Shown here piece after piece: positions 41,197-54,732 of a stretch of 64,000 nucleotides of DNA. The first letter of the stretch is position 1; each line of letters starts with the position of its first letter. The notes under the pieces were generated by a model that worked only from the letters and a program-made list of their open reading frames with translations, made no database searches and was not told where the DNA came from. The DNA is from Octopus vulgaris (taxonomy: Eukaryota): NCBI GenBank assembly GCA_951406725.2, contig OX597826.1:81530001-81594000 (forward strand), read 5' to 3'. A program made the position numbers and the translations under genes.

Positions 41197-41310
41197 GTAT
41201 ATATATATATATACATATATATATATGTGTGTATATATATATGTGTGTATATATATATGTGTGTGTATATATATATATATGTGTATATATATATATGTGT
41301 GTATATATAT

Positions 41311-41354
<44 letters not shown>

Positions 41355-43697
41355 GTTTATTTATTGAGATATGTGGCTCCACAAGTTAATATTCTTGTGA
41401 AAAGTTATGATAATAAATTTTTTCAATGTTTTAACAATTAGGTTACATTGTCCTTCAGTTGAACTTTTTTTTACCCGCCAATATTATTTGTTTTCGTTAT
41501 TTTGTTACCAAGAATTTACAAATATATTTCTGAAAATAGCATCACTGTTAATCATTATACATCATCATAATCATCAACATCATCTTCATCATCATTATAA
41601 TCATCATCATCAACATCATCATATCTATCATCATAACCATCAATGTAAATTTTCTCTTTGTAATATTTTCAGAACATAAATTCAAATTTTGAATGGATTT
41701 CTTCATCCTAAAAGCTTCAATTGCTTTCGTAAAATTTATAATAATGCATTTCACCTGCTGAACATTGTGGTTTAATTAATTTATTAAAAAAATCTTTTTT
41801 TTTTAAATTTTTGTATGAATAAGTGATGTGGATATTATATGATAATCTGTATAGTTATTATCCAAGGATTTATCTTTTCCTTTAAAAAAAAAAGTATCAC
41901 ATAGTAATATCTGGTTTAAGTGATGAAGGCCGACCTTCAATTACTTATCAGCAGCAGACATACCAGTGAACGGATACAAACAAGGGATATCAATTGAGAT
42001 ACAGGAGGAAATGGAGTTTTTTCCTTAAGTTTTCACTTGTTTTACATTGGTTCAAAGTTTTGATGAACAAACATGTGTGGATGTGTACACACACACACAC
42101 ACACAAACAAACATGCATAGATACATACATTTATATATATATATATATATATATCAAAGGCACACACAGACATATATGGGAGTATATGTGTCTGAATGTG
42201 TATACATGTGTGTGGGTGTGTGAGTTTGACATTTGTAAACACTTTTAAAATACAAATTGATATTGCTGTACGATCAATGTAAAGCAAATAGAAAAATGCA
42301 AAGAAACATATGAGGAATGAAGAGAAGGTGAAAATAAGAAAGGAAACAAATCTCTGATGGAGACTTCACTGTCAGAGCCACCGTTACATGGAATGAAGTT
42401 CGGTTCAGACATGGTTCAACACTTTATATACATTTACATGCATATATATATATACATAACATCCCTCACTCATATAACTATATATATATATATATATATA
42501 GATAGATATACTAACATACACTTATCTATACGTATATGCACATATATATATGAATGTATATATGTATATATGTATGGTTATATATATATGTGTGTGTGTA
42601 TATATATAGATAGATGTATATATAGACATTATATATTCATGTACACATATATACATGCATATATATATATATATATATATATGCATAATTGTATATATAT
42701 ATACACACATATATAGATATATATATATATACATATGTGTATATATATGTATAAATACATACATATATATATATGTGTGTGTGTATATATATAAAAACAT
42801 ATACATATATATATATGTATACATATATATATATATATATACACACACATGTTTATGTGTGAGTATATATCTATATACACATTTGTATTTATATATATAA
42901 TTATACACAAACACACACACACACATATACATGCAAGTATGTTAGATTTATAAGTGTATGTGTATATGTGTGCACATATATATTTATTTATGTACACTCA
43001 TACATCTATGTATATTAAAATACATAAATACAAGAGAGTTTGTTTATACATATATATATATGCATATATATACATACATATATATATATATGTGTGTGTG
43101 TGTGTGTAACTTAAACACATACATTCCACCCCACATGTTCATGCATACATATGTAGAGTAGTGTAGGTCATGGTAAGGTAAAGAATGAATGTGTATTCCC
43201 AATGAAACACAGCACAAACACTTGGCTCTCACTACATGCTCATCCAGGAACTTTGAAAACAATCCCAAGAGTACTGCTGCAGTAAAACCCCAAGTATCTG
43301 CATGGTAAAACCAGTCGGTATTTCGAAGGTTAACATAAAACATGATTATGAAGACAAAGAGTGAATATAACACAAATTGAATATTTCTTACAATTGTTTC
43401 TCTACCACACTGCTACACATGACATTACATGTTAATGGTACCTTGTAAAAATGAACACAATATGTATGGGTTAATATATTGGGGTGGCACTTCATCAGAT
43501 TAGCATTAAGCCATGCCTCTTTGCATTGTGTGGATGTTTCCGACCACACATATTGCTTAACTTTTCATACTGGATTAACTTGGACAGAAACAAATGATAG
43601 GAATATCAAAGTGGTGCCATGTACACTCTTTGTCTTCTTCTTTGGACAAAAGCATGCACGCTGTGGAAGGTAATATGTGTGTGCGTGTGTGTGTGTG

Positions 43698-43745
<48 letters not shown>

Positions 43746-43964
43746 AAGTCTATGTATATGTATAATACATGGGCATACATATATATCTGTATATATCTAA
43801 ATGTATGTGTGCATGAATGTATTTGAATAGCAATAAACATATTAATGATATTAATAAAATATATATGAACCATAATCATCTGCAATTTATACATACATAC
43901 ATACTTACATATATATATATATATATATATATCTATTATGTATATATATTATATATATATTATT

Positions 43965-44004
<40 letters not shown>

Positions 44005-44031
44005 TATATATATAATATATAAATATATATA

Positions 44032-44071
<40 letters not shown>

Positions 44072-44131
44072 AATATATATATTATTCATATATATATATA
44101 ATGTATATATATAATGCGCATGTATATTATT

Positions 44132-44162
<31 letters not shown>

Positions 44163-45883
44163 TATATATATATATATAATGCGCACATATATTATTTATT
44201 TATATATATATATATATATGTATATGTGTATATATATTATGTATATGTATATATATATATTATGTATATTTATATATTATGTATATATATATACATATAT
44301 TATATATGTACATATTATATATATATTATGTATATATATTATATATGTACATATAATATATATATTATGTATATATATTATATATGTACATATTATATAT
44401 ATATTATGTATATATATATATATATATTATATATGTACATGTTATATATATATGTATATATATATTATATATGTACATATTATATATATATATTATGTAT
44501 ATATATATATATATATATATATTATACGTGTACATGTTATATATATATTATGTATATATATATTATATATGTACATATTATATATATATATATTATGTAT
44601 ATATCATGCATATATATATATGTTTGTGAGTGTGTATGTGAGTTAACAATAGAAAATGATTGTAAAAATGATTTGTTATGATTTTGCTTCTCAAGTCATG
44701 ATTTTGTATGTACACACACATGCACACACACGAACACACACACACACACACATGTTATACATTATATATATATAAGGTGAATTTGTCCCTGACATCAGTA
44801 TTGCATTCTCTCTTTTGTTGAAGAGGGAAACTGAATGGGATTTGGATTCATATTTAAAGGAGGAGAGGACACTTCTTTTCCATATTCACTTTGAGTCCTG
44901 GTGCGACTGCCAAATAAAAAGACACAAGCACATACACAGGTATATATAAATAAATATATGCGTGTGTGTGTGTGTGTGTGTGTTAATATGCATGTATATG
45001 CATGTGTGTGTCTGTGTGCATTTATGAGTGTATGTATATAATGACACATTGCAGATTATAGAATATATTTTTGATTTATAAACCATTAAATGGTTCATTG
45101 ATATTATCATTTGTATTATCATTATTATTATTATTATTATTATCATTTTTATTATTATCATTATTTTTAATAATAATGATATTTATAATAAAAATATTAA
45201 TAATAATATTGATGATAATAATACAAGATATGACATGTTTGAGTTCACAGTTAAATACTAATATTAATAATAACAAAGTGTAATAATATTGATGTTAATT
45301 ATCAATATTGATGTTTGCTAAAAAGAAAGTAAAAATTTAGAGTGAAACCCAAGGAAGAGGGAAAAAAATCCTTTCGTGAAACCAACTTTTTTGATGTTAT
45401 TAGATTTCTTTGAAAAATTATCAAGAAATAAGATCAGTCAAATCACTAGGACTGCTTTGGTCATAATAATAAAACAAATGCGTGTATATATATATATGTG
45501 TATATATATATGCGTATATATATAAGTATAAATGAATAATGCTCCACAAACTAATGGAAACTAAACAAATCATGAAAATTTAATACATAAAATGCCTATA
45601 GTAACTAAAATGATAAATATATAATAATAATATTATTGACTCCGATGTTGTTGGTGTTCTTATTGTGTGTGTGATTGTATGCGTGCATGTTTATATATTC
45701 CATCTGTTGAAGGAGAGATAAATATAATGAAATACTAAAAATTTGTTGTTCCATTTCCCGTTTTTCTTTTCATGTGTCTGATTGTACCTCCCACCTGTGA
45801 TATACAAGAACATGTATGCATGCATGCGTGTGTGTATGTATCTATCTCTCAATCTATATGCATGTATATATTTATAATTGAAC

Positions 45884-45922
<39 letters not shown>

Positions 45923-46192
45923 TTACACTCACACATACATGTATATATATATAAACATATATACACATACACACACATATATTAATCAATATTGATGATA
46001 TCTGATGTCCATTACAATTTAATATTGATATTCTAATGTAGAATTCTGGTAACATATGTATGTCCATTCTTATATAAATCATATATAAATCTATGTGTAA
46101 ATTTGCATACACCTATACTTAACATTTTAGTAGTATATATGCATGTATGTATAAATATACCAACATACATAAATCCATGCATGCATACATGC

Positions 46193-46223
<31 letters not shown>

Positions 46224-47390
46224 TTATGTATATAAGTATATAATGTATATATATATGTATATAATGTATATATATGTATATAATGTATATATATATGTAT
46301 ATATATATTATGTATATAAGTATATAATGTATATATATATATCATGTATATAAGTATATAATGTATATATATATATGTATATATATATTATGTATATAAG
46401 TATATAATGTATATATATATATGTATATGTATATATATATATTATGTATATATGTATATATATATATATGTATATAATGTATATATTATGCATATATATT
46501 ATGTATATATATATATATATATATATCTTTATATAAATATGTATATATTCATATATGTGATATATATATTATGTGTATGTATATTTATATGATATATATA
46601 TTATGTATGTATATGTAGATATAGATATGTATAAAATTATATATTTTACATGTATATCTCTATTATATATGTATGTGCAAATGTTTGTAGTTTTACAGCT
46701 ATTTTGAAAGTATTGGAAAATAATAAAACTTCTGCCAGTTTTATTTCCAATAACAAATCTTGGTTCGCCTATAAAACCTCCACTGGAAAACACAAACACA
46801 ACTTAATGGCTGCATTAACGTACTTACCACTTTGGCAATGAATGTATGTGGAAGTCCATAAATATATGTATCCATATATATATACATACATACATACATA
46901 CACACACATGTGTGTGTGTGTTTGTGTATACACCATGCACACATGCATATATTCACAAGCATATGTATGCATAAATATGTTGTGTTTATAAATATGTATT
47001 TATAGATATTGATACATATGTATTATGAATAATATTTAAATATGAGTATATATTTTTATTTACTGACATATATATTTGTTATCTATATTTTTATGTACAA
47101 GTACACACAACCATACTAACACCTCATATATATATATATATGTGTGTATGTGTATATATATATAGATATACATACATATATTTACATAGAAACATATGGA
47201 TAAGTGTGTATATATATATATATATATATAAATATATATTTATATGTATGTATTTATATATATATATATATATATATATACGTATTTATATGTATACATA
47301 TATGCATATATATATTTGTATGAATGTATACACTCCCACAAACACACACGCACGTGCACGTGTGTGTGTGTGTATGTAGGTTTGCATGTG
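39650..47390. repeat. Zone of very dense (TA)n/(TATG)n/(CA)n/(TAA)n/(CAT)n microsatellites with short unique islands
   Basis: Direct reading, e.g. 41050-41350, 42440-43110, 43890-44620 and 46130-46660. Confidence 0.9.
40821..40966. repeat. Near-perfect ~65-bp-arm hairpin (fold-back), Penelope pLTR-like
   Basis: aaaataagcaacaa..atatccatggtagagtagtacaattgtttcatgctacttcattttat, a short loop, then the reverse complement. Confidence 0.9.
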
Positions 47391-48117
47391 TAGGTGTAGT
47401 TTGGGTGATTGTTTAAGAAGTTAGTCTTGGAACCATGAGGTTCTGGGTTCAATCTCACTGCCTTGCATCTTTAATATTTTTTCAGTATCTATGTCACTTG
47501 TGAGTTAATTTGGCCGACAGAAGCTGAAAGAAGCCTGGCTCTATGTGTATGTGCATCTGTACCTTATCTTGACATCCTGTGATGGCTGCAATATGAGCTG
47601 ACCATCATACAAGCAAATTATTCATTTCCAGTCGTCTTTGATAGGCAAGTCTAGCCCTGGGGAAATATCAACTTGCTTGGAAACAGGTGAGATGTTGGCA
47701 AGAGAAAAAGTATCTAACCATAGAAAATCTGCCTCAACAAATTTCCTCTGACCCATGCAACTATGGGAAAGTGGACGTTAAAACAATAATTCTAATGATT
47801 GTGGTATATATATATCTCATCATCATCATCATTTAACGTCCACTTTCTATGCTAGCATGGGTTGGACGGTTCAACTGGGGTCTGGGAAGCCAGAAGGCTG
47901 CACCAGGCCCAGTCTGATCTGGCAGTGTTTCTACGGCTGGATGCCCTTCCTAATGCCAACCACTCTGTGAGTGCTTTTTACGTGCCAGACGAAGCTGGCA
48001 AACGGCCACGATCGGATGGTGCTTTTTACGTGCCACATATGTACACACACACATATATATATAAACACATATATATATATCTGTAAACATAATATGTGAC
48101 AATTATTCAGTAGCCAA

Positions 48118-48178
48118 GATAAAACTCTGAGTTTCGGATGCCGAGGTGGAAATCCACACCACCATCTCTTCAGTTATC
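48118..48178 (-). ncRNA. Minimal type I hammerhead ribozyme-like motif (Penelope-type)
   Basis: Minus strand: GATAA-CTGAAGA-GATG..CATC-c-GAAA-CTCaGAG-TT-TTATC, with a 5-bp stem I and the canonical core. Confidence 0.6.
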
Positions 48179-49189
48179 CGGCCATTGGAAAAACCTCTAT
48201 TTACATAATATTGAGGTCTCTTTCTTTCTTTTGTTATCTTACCGTTTTTACCAATATATATATATATATATATATATAATGTAGAAAAATACACAAACTG
48301 ACATTCACATGCATAGATGTTTATGCATCATTTTCATGTAGATTTTTGCAGTTATACATGTGTGTATTTTAAATATTATGCAACATATATACTTATTAAT
48401 TATGATACATGTATTATGTATGAAATGCATGTAATTCGATGTTCATACATAATAAATGTACACATGAATATTTATATACAACTAAACACAATTGTTTTTG
48501 ATATTATACATTTTATGTATATTCATGTTTGTCTCCATCTATCTGTGTATTCATTTCTTGATGTCCGTTTCTCTTTGTCTCCCTCTCTCTCTCTCTTTTC
48601 TTTTGTTTCTTGAAGAAAAACAAGAGAAAGATTTGATGCAATGGCAAATGACAGTCGGAATCTGTCAACTTAGATTTCTCAAATCACCACAAACCACCTT
48701 TATGGCTGATTTAATCTGTCTAGACATTATTTTTAAAGATTATTTAGGACAATTTTCCTATATATCAAAAGGAAAAAGATTAAAATCCCAATTCACCATC
48801 AGTCATCAGAGTTCTTGAAATAATTTGACCAAATACTAGCACTTTATTTATTTGATGATAATTTTGTTTGATGATGATGATGATGATTGTGATGATGAAA
48901 ACTAGTTAATGATTTTGAAATTTAGTTTCTGATAACAAATTTACAAAAGAAGTCGATTCCTTCCTTCTATCCTGACACCATCAGACGATGACTAAGTCCC
49001 AATGACTTCCTTGACAAGTGCTACATGTTTATCAGGAAATTCTCATGGAACTATACAAATATAGTTTTTCTGTTACGATCTTTTGAATATTTCTTTACCA
49101 GAAGAATATCAAGAACACTGCATGACATGTTCCCTGATTCTGCCCAAGCTTTGCTGAATCACCATCTTCTTAAAATCAATAATAATTAT

Positions 49190-50325
49190 TTATAGTCTTG
49201 ACACAAGGCCAGCACTTTTGAGGGGAGGGTCTAGACGATTACATTGATTGTAGTATTTGACTGGTACTTTATTTTGTTGATCCTTGGAAGATAGAAAGCA
49301 AAGTTGTCAGGATTTGAATCCAGAATGCAAACAGCTTGAAATAATACTGCAAGAAATTTCATCCAACTTTCTAACAATTTTCTTAAGGAATTGCATAAAT
49401 TGTTTCTTATTTAGGTGCAAAACCAGCAAGGAGAGGCATTAATTAATTTCACTGATCTCAGTACTTCGTTATTTTATTGACTCTAGCATGGTGAAAGGCA
49501 AAGTTTACCTGAGTTGGATTTGAACTCAGAATGTAAAGAGCCAGAATTAGCTATTTAGTCCAGCACTCTACTGATTCTGTTAATTCACTGTGTTAACAAG
49601 AACAGCAGCAGCATCAGGCAGCAGCAATAATAATAATAATAATAATAAGGAACATAAAAGAAATGGGAAGAGAGGGTCTGGTTGAGCTGTGACAAAATGT
49701 TTTCCTCGTTGGCATGACTCGAATCATGAGGAATGTATTAGAGAGTTGAAGAGAACAAACAGCATGGCACTGAAGGCAGCTGGTAGCAAGTCTTCTGCTA
49801 CTCATGCAAGGATTCCAACAACACCGAAGTTAAAAAAATATATAACTTGTCTTAATTTTTGCTCAAGGCCAGCAATTTTAGTAGGGTACAGGATTAGTCA
49901 ATTTCATCGGTCCCAGTACTTTTGTTTATATACCCTAAAAGGATAAAAGCCAAAGTTGACCTTGGTGGGGTTTGAACTAAGAACATAAAAACCAGGAAGA
50001 AAAACCGGTGAACACTTTGTCTAGCACACTAACAATTCGGCCAGCTCACCATGTCAACCATAATAGTAATACTACTACTACTACTACTACTAATAATAAT
50101 AATAATCATGGCTTCAAATTTTGGCACAGGGTCAGCAGTTTTTGAGAGGGGAGAGGAAGCTGACTGCATCAATACCTGTACTTGAATGGTACTTATTTTA
50201 TCGACTCCGACAGATGAAATGCAAAGTCAACTTTGGTAGAATTTAAGCTCAGAATGTGAAAACGGATGAAACGACACTAAACATTGTGTCCAACATGCTC
50301 ATGGTTCTGCCAGCTTGCCACCTTA
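49190..50325 (-). mobile_element. Cluster of about four degraded copies of the 11263-type SINE separated by (TAA)/(CAG) tracts
   Basis: Repeated caaggccagca.tttt...gtactt..tttt.ttga...gcaaagt..acc..ggtgg.atttgaactcagaatgt. Confidence 0.7.
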
Positions 50326-51608
50326 ATAATAATAATAATAATAATGATAATAGCAGTAATATTTTGAAGGGCTCAGTGAGAAATGTAAGAATTCTTCTTT
50401 GTTTTCTCTGTGAAATTTGCTTTCTTTTTATCTGGCAAATAATAAATAGACAATTATTCATTTCTTTGAGTTCTACTGTTTTCCAACAATATTAAAATCC
50501 TTCCCAATGATTTTAGGGCTATTTTGTGTGCCAACTGTTGTTCATGCAGTTATAGTTTCTGCAAGAATACATATATGCATGTATTCTCCCACCATCACTG
50601 TCTCTCTCTCTCTCTCTCTTTCATTCTTTAGTTTTATGTTGTTTTCTGACATTAGACTGATTCCAAATCTAAAGTCAATTTCTTGACTAATGATATTTCA
50701 TCTACCTTCTTAAGCTTTGTGACTTAATACAAAATATTTGAGTACTTTCGTAGAAAATACCTTGTTTACATAAATTAGGATGTTAGCCACGTGTGGTCTT
50801 CTACTATGAAACATTATGTATTTATGTATCCCTAATTTTTGAAATATTTGGACTCTTCCTAGGCTGGCTTCTAACAAAGAAACACTGGTTAGTCTTGTAT
50901 GTGTGTGTGTGATTAGACATATGCATCTGTTTATATGTATATGTAAGTACAATGTAGATAAATGCGTGTAAAGTTATTTATGATTATACAAACATATACA
51001 TATCGATATAAATGCTCGTTAGTGTAAAGCTGTCAGGCATTGAGGACGAAATGCTTGACTTTTATGGTTTCTGTCTATAATATTTCTATTCTGTTAAATA
51101 ATACTTTATACTTTGTTTTGAACAATTTTGAGTTTATAACTACAACAGGTTATGCTTTGTTATAGTATTATCCTTATTTTAACCATCATCATCGTCATCA
51201 TCACTGCTGTCATTGCTGCTGTTGACATCACTGGCATCATCATTAACATCATTGTCATCATCGTCATCACCACCACTGTTGTCATCGTCAATGTCATCAT
51301 CATCATCATCATCGTCATAACAAAAACTTTATCATCAACTTTTCATCTTTGTAGAAGTGCTTTATCGTCGAGAAGATAAAGCAACTCTGGTTTGTTGTTC
51401 TTGTTACTATCAGACATAAAATTACATTTGATCTATTTTAAAAAGGAGAGACCTGGACTCTTTAAACGTGGCTGAACAGATTAATGAATTAAAAACCAAA
51501 AATAAAAGTTACATAAAAAAAGGAGAAAGAAAAAAAAAGAGCAACAATATAGAAATATATTGATTTGTTCTCATTGCATGATAAAATGAAAAGGAAAATG
51601 AAATATTG

Positions 51609-51640
<32 letters not shown>

Positions 51641-52072
51641 GATAATAATTATCATTATTATTATTATTATTATAAAATATTGATTTTAGTAATAATAAAA
51701 TACTAATAATTATTATTATAATAAAAATATAGATAATGACAACAACAACAATAATAATAATGATAATAATAATAATAATAATAATGATCATAATAATGTT
51801 AGTAAAATTTTCCCTCCTCCTCTTATTGAATATGGACCATATATTTTTCAGAAATATATATAAAAAATAAAAAATGGAAAAGATGTAAATATGTTTTTGT
51901 GTCCTCATCCTTATAATTATCATTATTATTATTATAATCATCCTTATCATCATTATTATTATTATAATAATTATATATATATACATATATATATACATAT
52001 ATATAAGAATCAAATCCTCGTAGTTTGATAAAGTTGTTGAGGGCAACTTGAATGCCTGGCTTGTTGGTTATT

Positions 52073-52299
52073 TCAGAAAGTTTCTAAAAGAGACTTCATG
52101 GACACGCTAGTGGAGGCATGGTCATAGATGTCCATTCTGCTGCCCATGGACTCTGTGCCCTTGTTTCCTTTGCCTGACCACTGGTGATGACCATATTTCC
52201 TAAATAAATAACGGCCCAGGAGGAAGCAGCCCACAAGAATAATGAGAATAAGCAGGGCGATGCACAACCAAATGTGGTTTGGATGTTTAAATCTGGAGG
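52073..52299 (-). CDS. Last coding exon of a CUB-domain single-pass membrane protein (transmembrane helix and short cytoplasmic tail)
   Basis: Polypyrimidine acceptor ...ttttttccaaacacag, phase 1. Reads SRFKHPNHIWLCIALLILIILVGCFLLGRYLFRKYGHHQWSGKGNKGTESMGSRMDIYDHASTSVSMKSLLETF*. The hydrophobic helix is followed by basic residues, and the phase matches the upstream exon. Confidence 0.85.
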
Positions 52300-52654
52300 C
52301 TGTGTTTGGAAAAAAAAGAGAAGAGAATGAAAGAAACATCATTAAGAAATTTCAACAGTAATTAAAAATAATAACAGTAACCATAGAAACAATAACAAAA
52401 GACATGACAAACAAAAACAATATTAATAACAAAAGTAATATTTATAATAATAATAATTGTGGGACAGAAATAATTAGTGTTTCTAAAATAGAGATAAATT
52501 CCCAAATTTCTGAGGAGAGGAAACTCAGTGAAATCCTTTTCTGTTCTTGGATTGTTCTTTATTTTATTGAATATGGAAGATGGGAAAGTAAGGCTGACTG
52601 AGAATGTTAAGAACTGAAGCAAATATGAGAATGGTTTCTGAATGAAATGTTTCT

Positions 52655-53096
52655 GCCACAAGCTGCAGGCCAGTTGTTTTATGGTGCAGAGTTTAGTCTA
52701 TTTAATCAACCCCAGAATCTCACGGGTACTTTATTTCATTGAATCTGAAGGGATGGAGTTTGATTTTGACAAGATTTGAACTCAGATCATAAAGAGCCAA
52801 AACCGAATCACAAGATATTTTGCTCATTTTCCTATTGATTCTGCCAACTCAAACCGCAGTAATAGCAACAGCAACAGCAATAATCCTTTCTACTATAGAC
52901 ATAAGGCCTGAAATTTGAGGGGAGGGTTAAGTCAATTATTTCAACCCTAGTGCTCAACTGTTACTTAATTTATCGACCCTCGAAAGGATGAAAGGCAAAG
53001 TCGACCTTGGTGGAATTTGAACTCAGAATGTAGTGGCAGATGAAATACCGCTAAGCAATTCGCCCGGTGTGCTAACGATTATGCCAGCTCACCGCC

Positions 53097-53130
<34 letters not shown>

Positions 53131-53545
53131 CCTTTCTACTAAAAGCACAAGGCCTGACATTTTGGGGGAGGGGACTGGTACTTATTTTATCGATCCCGAA
53201 TTGATGAAAGGCAAAGTTGACCTCGGCGGAATTTGAACTCAGAACGTAGCGAGGTATGAAATGCTGCTAAGCATTTTGTCCAGTATGCTAACAGTTCTGC
53301 CAGCTTGCTACTACTACTACTAATGATAATTCTTTCTGCTATAGGCACAAGGCCTGCAATTTTGGGGGAGGGGGACTAGTCGATTACATCAACACTAATG
53401 TTTCACTGGTACTTAATTTATTCACCCCAAAGGATGGACGGCAAAGTTGACCTTGGTGGAATTCGAGCTTGGAATGTAGTTGCCAACAAAATACTGCTAA
53501 GCATTTCATCCGGTATTCTAACGATTCTGCCAGCTCGCTGCCTTA
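52655..53545 (-). mobile_element. Head-to-tail cluster of four 11263-type SINE copies in the last intron
   Basis: Repeated aatcctttctacta.ag.caca.ggcctg...aaaggcaaagt.gacct.gg.ggaatttgaactcagaa...ctgccagctc.cc, separated by (TAA)/(CTA)n. Confidence 0.85.
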
Positions 53546-53725
53546 CTACTACTACTACTACTAATAATAATAATAATAACAATAATAATATTAATAATTA
53601 TTATTTCAAATTTTTGTATGTATGTGTGTATGTGTATGTGTGTGTGTGTACGCGTACGCATATATATGTACAAGAATGTATGTATTTATATTCATAAAGT
53701 TATTAATATTGTAAAAATATCTTAC

Positions 53726-53878
53726 ACTGCAATTCTGTATGGTAAGATGCTAAAAAGCCCGTATGTTCTGCAGTAGAATTAGTATGAAAAACGACTAACA
53801 TATCTCGGTTAGACGTTACAAATTTTGGTTGATCATCTCCGCACCATTTTCCTAGTAGAACGTCGTATTCTGTAGGCC
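53726..53878 (-). CDS. Internal exon encoding the C-terminal half of a CUB domain
   Basis: Acceptor ctttctatttccag and donor gtaaga; 153 bp, phase 1-1. Reads GPTEYDVLLGKWCGDDQPKFVTSNRDMLVVFHTNSTAEHTGFLASYHTELQ, matching the CUB pattern LGxxCG...MxVxFxT...GFxAxY. Missed by the ORF track. Confidence 0.9.
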
Positions 53879-54363
53879 CTGGAAATAGAAAGGCGGATAT
53901 AATATAAATATGGTTTCACATATGCAATATAGTGAGTTGATAAACTTACATAATCCTTACAATTAATAAACAGAATCGAATATTCAAAATCAGGAAACAA
54001 CACAGTTATAAGAATTACCCCCAGCAGTTTTAACCACAAAGTTTTTGGAAGACAAACATGATGCAAATGGAAAAAGCAGATCCACTTTAAAATCAATAAG
54101 TGAATCTATAATAGAGTTGGTTCATCTTATTCAGTTTCCTTCGCAATGAAGGATACACAGCTGGAAATACTCAGGAAGCAGTCAATATATATATATATAT
54201 TGTTATATATATATATATATATATACATACATACATACATACATACAAACAAACACACACACGTTTATACACACATATATACTTTATCTAAAAGCATATT
54301 ACTCTACCTCTGGTATTTGAGTACTCTTTTTTGCACCTTGTTTCACATTTATGTGCTTACTCC

Positions 54364-54403
<40 letters not shown>

Positions 54404-54407
54404 GATG

Positions 54408-54648
54408 TATAACAAATGAAAGAGAGAAGATGGAACATATGAGATAAATATTATTAATCACGACAATTGTTTCGACACATCTAGCTCGATTCCTCTTGGG
54501 TGGAACACTCAACAACTAGTTCACGAGTATCCGGTGGTACAGATGTATCTAATCGGGTGACAAATAAATAAATACAACTCGTTGAAATGACTGTTCCACA
54601 ATGTAACTTTCTCGTGTATTCCATCTTCTATCTTTCATTTGTTATATA
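54408..54648 (-). mobile_element. Penelope pLTR-like inverted repeat enclosing a degenerate hammerhead motif (54457-54561)
   Basis: Arms tataacaaatgaaaga.agaagatggaa and ttccatcttct.tctttcatttgttata. Minus strand: GTCAC-CCGATTA-GATACATCT..AGATGTGTC-GAAA-CAATTG-TC-GTGAT. Confidence 0.6.
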
Positions 54649-54732
54649 TCTAACGACCACTCTAAAAGTGACTGTGTTTTACCAGTAAGCTACTCCGTGT
54701 AAACCATACGTTTTATTATATATATATATATA

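Noticed and set aside
43044-43373. ORF containing WGFTAAVLLGLF, resembling the C terminus of Nudix CoA pyrophosphatases
   Set aside because: There is no Nudix box or supporting exon, and the ORF runs into microsatellite; the resemblance is too short.
51489-52046. 185-aa hydrophobic ORF
   Set aside because: It is an (ATT/ATA)n-derived poly-Ile sequence immediately after the stop codon, i.e. 3' UTR.
53833-54096. 87-aa minus-strand ORF in the track
   Set aside because: It is mostly intronic and overlaps the true CUB exon in a different frame.
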